Assembly (NCBI GenBank): GCA_964016885.1
Contig: OZ024741.1
Coordinates: 70,122,001-70,186,000, forward strand
Length of the DNA stretch: 64,000 nucleotides
Origin: Eledone cirrhosa
Lineage: Eukaryota
Direction: 5' to 3'
A model generated the notes under the pieces. The model was not told the origin of the DNA and did not search any database. It saw nothing but the letters and a program-made list of their open reading frames with translations. A program made the position numbers and the translations under genes. The stretch's first letter is position 1. Each line of letters starts with the position of its first letter. Positions 54,626 to 64,000 of this stretch are shown in pieces.

Positions 54626-55846
54626 ATTCCATGAGAGTTTGAATAAAGAGAGTTTGAGCTCTGAGATATTTATCACATATTTACGTATTTATCAATTTAT
54701 CAATCTTTGTCTCTTTATGTTCGTGAAATGTGTGTCTAAGTGTGAGTGTGTGTTTGTACGCATATAAAAACACACACGCGCGCACACACACTAACACACA
54801 AACACACACACGTGTATGAATTTAATAAACTGCGTTTGGTTACCATAAAGCTAACTTTTTGGGGTTCATAGTCTGGGACTAGGTGCTAATTACATGTTGT
54901 ACTCGTTTCAAAATCAGTTAAGCTTTCTAATAATACCTTCTGGAAAAACAGCCTATACTTCATATATTCCCATTCCCTTGGGCCTGGGCAATTGATGCCT
55001 TCTGTTCATCCGAGTAAAATATATAGTTCTCTGTCGGATTTCCACGACATTTATTCCATCCAGTTCGGGCCTGTCGTTAAGCTGGGAAGGGGGGGGGGCA
55101 TCCTCTACCAATAATTTTCAATGGTGCTCCTTCAGATTTAGAAAATAGAGTTTATATATATATTAAAAAAACGTCCTTGTGAATGAGTGCCTAAATAGAA
55201 AGTTCTCATATCACCGCCACAACCACCACCACCCGAATATCAAAGTCTGGTAACGGGCTTGACCCAGTTACTCGATCAAATGAAATATTTACTCATTGAT
55301 TTGGGTGTGGTGGCTGGGTGTTTCACAAATATGGGTATTCTTAATGTAAGTCTCTGCCTGAATCAGCGGGACACAATGTATGATAAAGCTAGACGTTTTA
55401 ATTACTGGTATGGTTCATACGAAACGCTTCTACAGTTTCGGTTTGTTCCCAAATTTTTCACTTACAAAGCTAGGGTCGGCCAGAAACTATGGTAAACGTA
55501 ACTTCGATGATCGTACAAGAGCCCATCTTTTTAAACGTGATGTTTCATAGGGGTGTTCTTATTCAAAATATTTATTTCCAACAATGATATTCAGCGTTTC
55601 TGGTAAAAAGATATTATCACTTAACACCTCAAAAAAAATCTCCCCACTTCACCCTACCACAGTTCCTTTATAAGTCACCACCACCACCAATACCACATCC
55701 ACCACCACCACCACATCCACTACCACCACATCCACCACCGCCACCATTGCTGTTAATGCACAAAAAATACTCATGAAAATGCATTCAAAATATATAACAC
55801 AGCTCAATGCAATATAATAAAAAAAATATCACACACACACACGCAT

Positions 55847-55915
<69 letters not shown>

Positions 55916-55928
55916 AACACACACACCA

Positions 55929-55960
<32 letters not shown>

Positions 55961-56469
55961 ACAGGCACATGCACAGATACAACAAACACACAAATAGATG
56001 CCGTTTACAAAAAAAAAAATTGGCGTGATGTTTATCACCCAGAATACGTCTGCTCGCACGAACTCGCACCTGTTTCGGCGAGATCGGTTTCTGTTTGTTT
56101 TCATTAGTGATAACAGTGCCGTCTATCACGTGTAAACCTACACACATGAAGGGCATGCCGGAATGACGCTTGCTTCAGATATATGTAATGATATGAGTAA
56201 GAGTCACTGAACGCACACACACACACGCACGCACGCACACACACACACACACACACACACGCACGCACACAGACATACAGACACACACACAAACATATAT
56301 TATATATGTATATATATATATACTTATACGTACATACATATATATAATATATTTATGTATTATATCATATATATGTGTGTGTGTGTGTGTGTGTAAATAT
56401 ATATGTATATATGTATAAATATATATATGTATATCTGTATGTATGTATGTGTATATATATATATATTTA

Positions 56470-56545
<76 letters not shown>

Positions 56546-56642
56546 ATATATATACATACATATAATATATATATGTGTGTGTGTAAAATATATATGTATA
56601 TAAGTATAAATATATATATGTATATCTGTATGTATGTATGTG

Positions 56643-56833
<191 letters not shown>

Positions 56834-57084
56834 CGTTTCTGAAGTTGTTTAGCAAGATTCTTTATCTGAAATCGTGTGTTGAAACCGATATTGTTATACT
56901 TTGGGAGGGTCATGTTGCCAATAAGAAACACACGCACCAGTTGTTTTCACTTCAATTTATTATAATAAATTCATAAATTTAGGAATTTATAAATTTATAA
57001 ATTTCTGGTTGGTTGGTTGGTTCCGCAACCAGATAGTTGTTTATATATTGTCAAAGTTCTTTCGTCACACATTCTGTGACCTCA

Positions 57085-57951
57085 TCGGCTGTATCGGACC
57101 ATACCAAAATCAACATACTGATTGCGGATTTGGTACGGGTGATGAGAAACGTGTCCCGCATGTGCAACCCCGAAGAACTAGAGAGACACATACAACACTT
57201 CATCCACCGTATGCAGTTCTCTGGTTACAATCAGAGAGATAGAATCAGAGTGTATAGAGGAGCCAGAACCAAATGGGAAAAAATGGTAAATAATGACACA
57301 AATGGGACCTGCCCCTTGTATAGGAGCAAATTTTGGAATAGAATAGAAAGAACTAGGAATAAGGCTAATAGAATAAACTCAAGGTATGATATCAATAAAT
57401 ACCAGAGTGTAATGTTCATCGATACAACCCCTAGAGGTGAATTAGCTTACAAATTTAGAAGAGCCTTAGATAAACATAAACTCAATATTAAGATAGTAGA
57501 AAGACCAGGTACCTCCGTAAAAACACTTATTGGCAAGACATAACCTTTTCAAAGACCCCCCCCCCCCTGTATAGATAAGAAATGTATAACCTGTAAAATA
57601 AGCCCCCATATTAACTGTAAAACTAGAAATGTAGTGTATAGCATAAGATGTACTGAAGGACAATGTAGAGACAAAAATATAGTGTACATAGGTGAGACAG
57701 CCCGTAGTGTAGGGGAACGGATAAATGAACACTGGCGAGACCTTCAAGATAGTAAAAAATCATCTGTACTCTACCAACATGCTAAAATAGAACATAAGGG
57801 TAAATTAGAGAACATAGAAATAAAAATAGAATCTACACACAGAAAAGACGCAATGTTTAGACAAATAACAGAGGCAATAAACATAAAAGAATTACAATCA
57901 AAATTGAATAGAAAATATGAGTGGAACAGCAGCATCACAACTTACAATTAA
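57085..57951 (+). pseudogene. PLE polyprotein C-terminus: RT thumb/linker, Cys-rich motif, GIY-YIG endonuclease (one in-frame TAA at 57541)
   Basis: ORFs 57037-57543 and 57634-57951 share a frame; MQFSGY, CIDKKCITC, NVVYSIRC..C..YIGETARSVGERINEH, RQITEA, LNRKYEW. Confidence 0.9.
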
Positions 57952-58152
57952 GGACAAAATGAAAACACACACACACATAGAACAAACAACCAACCGGTAA
58001 CATGTAAATAAACAAATAAATAAACAAATATAAACACACACAGACACCCGGATATGGCGCATGCGCAGACTGAGCACACAACACACACACAGAAGCAAAA
58101 TGGCGTAGGACAGAACAAAGGAGAGGCACAAGAACAAAGAAAAGAATCCCCA

Positions 58153-58196
58153 GTCATTGATGAAGTCACAGAATGTGTGACGAAAGAACTTTGACA
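58153..58196 (+). ncRNA. Hammerhead motif in the PLE terminal repeat (core C>T)
   Basis: GTCA-TTGATGA-A-GTCACA(GAATG)TGTGAC-GAAA-GAACTT-TGAC. Confidence 0.65.
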
Positions 58197-58496
58197 ATAT
58201 ATAAACAACTATCTGGTTGCGGAACCAACCAACCAACCAGAAATTTATAAATTTATAAATTCCTAAATTTATGAATTTATTATAATAAATTGAAGTGAAA
58301 GCAACTGGTGCGTGTGTTTCTTATTGGCAACATGACCCTCCCAAAGTATAACAATATATATATACATATATATATATATAATATATATACATACATATAA
58401 TATATATATGTGTGTGTGTATAAATATATATGTATATATGTATAAATATATATATGTATATCTGTATGTATGTATGTGTATATATGTATATATTTA

Positions 58497-58528
<32 letters not shown>

Positions 58529-58529
58529 C

Positions 58530-58562
<33 letters not shown>

Positions 58563-58662
58563 ATATATATACATACATATAATATATATATGTGTGTGTG
58601 TGTATAAATATATATGTATATATGTATAAATATATATATGTATATCTGTATGTATGTATGTG

Positions 58663-58760
<98 letters not shown>

Positions 58761-59111
58761 ATATATATACATACATATAATATATATATGTGTGTGTATA
58801 AATATATATGTATATATGTATAAATATATATATGTATATCTGTATGCATGTATGTATATATATATATATATAATATATATATATGTGTGTGAGTGAGTGT
58901 GTGTATTAGGAAACAAAATAAAAATAAAACCAACGTACACCCAATAAACATATTTGTGTGTGGTATATATATGTCTAGTTGTTCCTTCCCTGGTCTGTTG
59001 TTACCAGTCTGGCTTTGTGGAGTTTATCTTAATATAAATATATGTCTCAATGCATCTTCTCCCGCTCTCACTTTATATAAACATCTGTCTATATGCATCT
59101 GCCTTTGTTTG

Positions 59112-59182
<71 letters not shown>

Positions 59183-59187
<5 letters not shown>

Positions 59188-59387
59188 AACGAGTAGGACC
59201 CCGACGGCTGAGCTCAAGCCGTTTCGACGGCTAAATTCTGGACGGATTCTAGTCCAGAATTAGCCGTCGAAACGGCTTGAGCTCAGCCGTCGGGGTCCTA
59301 CTCGTTCCTATTACCCACTCTACTACCCTAAGTATTGAGTACTTTGGTGCGTTATGGTCCACCTGGTTCCTTACCACATTTCCTTCG

Positions 59388-59390
<3 letters not shown>
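59183..59390. mobile_element. 'GACGGCTGAGCT' family island with ~60 bp near-perfect fold-back (copy 4)
   Basis: Arms 59183-59243 / 59252-59311 plus shared tail; (TA)n both sides. Confidence 0.88.
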
Positions 59391-59459
<69 letters not shown>

Positions 59460-59547
59460 GTATATATATACATATATATATGTATGTATATATATATATG
59501 TATATATATACCATATATACCATATATATATATATACCATATATACC

Positions 59548-59580
<33 letters not shown>

Positions 59581-60037
59581 TATATGTGTGTATATATATA
59601 TATATATGTATGTGTGTGTATATGTGTGTGTGTGTTTGTACGTACGTACGTACTTATGATTTAAGTATTGGCTCGGCGACTTTCGAGTGTGCATTTGTTT
59701 ATCATAAACGTGTATTTATGTAGATATTAAATATCAATAGTACTTTTATAAATGTATGCATGCATATAGTGTGTATGTGTTTTTACATGCCATGCATGTA
59801 TGCATGAGTGTAATATTCATTATACAGGTTTTTATGTGTTGTGTCCTTGAGCAAGCCACATTAATTCACGCCTGCTCCTTCTACCTGCTTTTGCGACTGG
59901 AAGATACTATTAGCAGTTGGAAAGACCAATGGAAACATTGTTTCCTCAGTCCGATTTGACGAGGTCTGGGATCTTGTCGATCGACTGTTGATACATATAT
60001 ATATGTCTCTCTCTCTCTCTCTCTATCTCTATCTCTA

Positions 60038-60117
<80 letters not shown>

Positions 60118-60230
60118 ACTCTTTCTTTATATATATATATTTAGCAATAAGATATAATATAGATTTATCAACACGCGGAGTCACCATTTTAGCAATAAGA
60201 TATAATAGATATATCACCAAGACTTTAGCA

Positions 60231-60544
60231 TGTTCTTACATAATTTATTAACAAAGGTTAAGAGGTGGTTTAAGCTAGCATGCCAAGAGAAATGATATAA
60301 ACCAATTAAGATTGTAAGAGAAGGTACGGTCGACTGGCTGAGGCGTTGGCCAGGCCCGTAGTAATGTTTTGTCGTTACATATTGTTTGTGCTTGCGGAGC
60401 AAAAGAACAAGTGGTGTTTACCTTAGCAAGGTCAGCTGCAAGAGAGAGAGAGAGAGGCGCCAGAACACTCCCTTATATTCGGGCCACGGGGAAGTAACTC
60501 CAATTAGTTTTGTTCCCCGGACAAAGGTGGGGCTAGTCACTACA
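60231..60544 (-). mobile_element. Probable solo LTR
   Basis: Minus strand begins TGTAGTGAC, has TATAA and AATAAA, ends ACA; no clear TSD. Confidence 0.45.
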
Positions 60545-60561
60545 TATATATATATATCATT

Positions 60562-60620
<59 letters not shown>

Positions 60621-60908
60621 GATATATATATATATATATATATACATAATATATATATATATATATATCATATATATACATATGATATATATATATATAT
60701 ATACATGGTTAACTTTATTTAGTTACCTACCTAGCTATGTGTGCTTAGACACTTGTAAAAATTATCTCCTGTGATTATTCATGTTTATTTATATGTTAAT
60801 CAATTTCTAGTTATTATATATATATATATATATATATATATCATTTATATATATATATACATATGATATATATATATATATATATACATAATATATATAT
60901 ATATATAC

Positions 60909-60981
<73 letters not shown>

Positions 60982-61647
60982 ATATATATATAAATTTTGG
61001 CAGTACAAACGGGAAAACAAAACTAAAATCTATACTTAATGATTCTAGGGTCAAGAGTGTCCTACTTCACTGCACTTATCAAACTATATGCTATACATAC
61101 GTGTGTGTGTACACACACAAGCATACATACACGCACATACGTACACGAACATGCACACACAAACATGCACACGCGAATATGCAGACACTAACACACGTAA
61201 GGACACACGTGCAGGCGAATACACGCACACACATAAAGTAGTTAATGTTTACTAGGAGAGCCCCCTATCAGTGATAACAGTGGAAATATGTGACTTTAGT
61301 AAGCTACCATAAACGGTAGCTTAATAAATTCGGCTTAATAGCTACGGCTGATTCACTGCATACAATTAGTTTTTACTTTGAGATTTAACAAACAAAAGAG
61401 TATATAGTTCTTCATGTGGGGTGCCATGTTTGAAGCCTATCACTTTCTTGTGCGCTTTCATCTTTCACCTTTTCACATCCTTTTTCAGTTTCTCCCTTTC
61501 ACAGGAAGACGAAGATTTTCTAAGTTTTCCAAATATGGCGCCTCACCTAAAGAACTACGTAAAGTTGGTTTTTCTACATATACATATACGCATATAACAC
61601 ACACGTACGCTCACACGAACACATACAAACAAACACACACACACACA

Positions 61648-61698
<51 letters not shown>

Positions 61699-61858
61699 GG
61701 CAGGTATGCGTGTAACTATAGCTACAGACGGTTGCCCGGGTAAAACACTCAATGATGTTACGAGGGTCCGTCTAATGTAGAGACGTTTCCAGGGTTAAAA
61801 CGGCTGCAACACGTAGTGTGTAAATTTGTATATGGTACAACCTTGACTTCGTTTCTGC

Positions 61859-61940
<82 letters not shown>

Positions 61941-62204
61941 GTATATATTTATACACACACATGTTTTTAGAGAATATATATTTTCTAAAAACCTCTATGG
62001 GGGTAGCCATGTTTGTTTATATAACAGGCTAAATGAGTTGGGGTGTATAACCCAACGAAACTTAAGTCATGTATATGTCTGTGTTGTAACTAATTATACT
62101 TAACTCGTCCTACGGACTAAGTGATATTGATGATGACGACAACGACGACGACGACGACTATGACGATGACGGCATTTATGATGATGAGAGAATGCCTTTG
62201 AAAC

Positions 62205-62403
62205 CACTGAGCAAGACACTTCACGTTGCTCCAGTTCAGTCAGTTGTAGAAATGGGTTATGACATCACTGCTGCCAAGCTGTATTGGCCTTTGTCTTTCC
62301 CTTGGACAACATCTGTCATGGGTGACTGCTGCTCTTCCACTACCTCAGAAAGGAACTTTCTAGATGCGAAATCCTTGGTCATTCGTGACCGGATGGGTCT
62401 CCC
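62205..62403 (+). mobile_element. SINE family B 3' part
   Basis: TGAGCAAGACACTTCACGTTGCTCCAGTTCAGTCAG. Confidence 0.7.
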
Positions 62404-62472
<69 letters not shown>

Positions 62473-62612
62473 TATATATGCATATAAACACACACACATA
62501 TATATATATAAATATATACATATATATGTATACACACACATATATATATATACATATATACATATTCACATATATATCCACATATATACAAATATATATA
62601 TAAATACATATG

Positions 62613-62712
<100 letters not shown>

Positions 62713-62838
62713 GCATCGCCAATCCACACTATATGTACCTATTGGAGCATGCCTGTATTTATTTGAGAGAATAAACCTTTGCTAGTGTATCCATTTATAC
62801 AACAAGGTATATGTGTGTATATGTATTATCCATGCATC

Positions 62839-62874
<36 letters not shown>

Positions 62875-62880
62875 CACACA

Positions 62881-62920
<40 letters not shown>

Positions 62921-63214
62921 TGTGTGTATATCAATTTTCAGTCTCCTCCTCATATACCTTTACATATTAATTCAAGTGGTGGGTGGGAACATCTTCACTG
63001 AGAGACACTTGTTATCTCACTACATGACTGAAGAACCTACAGTCATGATAATGCGTAAATCTCAAGAGCATTTCACTTCATATATAAACCGCTTTTTTTA
63101 TAAAATCTAGCCAATCATTGACGCAGGCATTGGTGTATCATTAAACAGTTTGTTTCGTAAACGCGTCGCATCTTTCGTAAGTAGCCTTTACTCTAATGTT
63201 GTTAGTGGAATCTG

Positions 63215-63480
<266 letters not shown>

Positions 63481-63514
63481 CACACATATATATATATATG
63501 TATATAGATATAAC

Positions 63515-63647
63515 GACGATGAATTAGTTTTGCGAGGTTTTTGATATGAAATCGTGTGTCGAAACAAATATTGTTATACTTTGGGAGGGTCATATTTGTG
63601 TAATAGTATTGCCAGAATTAATAATAGAACACACTCACTGTTTGGTT

Positions 63648-63650
<3 letters not shown>
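63515..63650 (-). mobile_element. Penelope-like terminal repeat fragment
   Basis: GAAATCGTGTGTCGAAAC..ATATTGTTATACTTTGGGAGGGTCAT matches 56868-56913; AACACACTCACTGTTTGGTTTG matches reverse complement of 33295-33316. Confidence 0.75.
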
Positions 63651-63728
<78 letters not shown>

Positions 63729-64000
63729 TGGCTGCCAACTCGTTTTCGAGTACGGCCACTACTTTATATCTATGTAGGAGAACGCCTACCGATGCGCTGA
63801 ACGAATGTGACTTTTTAGTCCAGCCAGCGACTTGAAAACTCTGGTACAAACACTACACTTGTGACAATTATTGACACATAGTGCTGGGCCCATGGTACCA
63901 TGTGAGGACAAGTGCAGAGAGATCTCCAGATACAAAGCAATGCCTGTGCCGTGAAGCTTTTATAGTGAGCAAAGGCACTGCACAAAGCCAGTTCCACTCT

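Noticed and set aside
57541-57543. In-frame stop in the PLE ORF as possible selenocysteine recoding (reported for some Naiad elements)
   Set aside because: The stop is TAA, not TGA, and the nearby Cys codons are ordinary TGT; best read as a nonsense mutation

Overview
AT-rich, microsatellite-saturated eukaryotic DNA. It is most likely from an octopod cephalopod; this is inferred from the abundant tRNA-headed SINE whose core reads GCCTTTCATCCTTACGGGGTCGATAAAATAAAGTACCAGT and from RTE LINEs with (ATG)n tails. No complete host gene is visible. There is one plausible first coding exon on the minus strand (42429-42517, PH-domain-like start), so most of the window may be intronic. Nearly all ORFs in the track are microsatellite artefacts. 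Real content: about 27 copies of one SINE family, a second SINE family, decayed non-LTR retroelements (RTE, RTE-X-like, L1/Tx1-like, Vingi-like, CRE-like), Tc1/mariner, hAT, Tigger and Helentron-type non-autonomous DNA elements, and a probable solo LTR. The most striking signal is many short non-coding islands inside (TA)n tracts. They carry minimal type-I hammerhead ribozyme motifs (CTGANGA..GAAA..NUH) and/or copy-specific fold-back inverted repeats. A nearly intact Penelope-like (Naiad-type) RT-tail/GIY-YIG element with the same architecture (56831-58355) is a candidate driver. Two long palindromes built from paired tRNA-like Pol III heads are also present.
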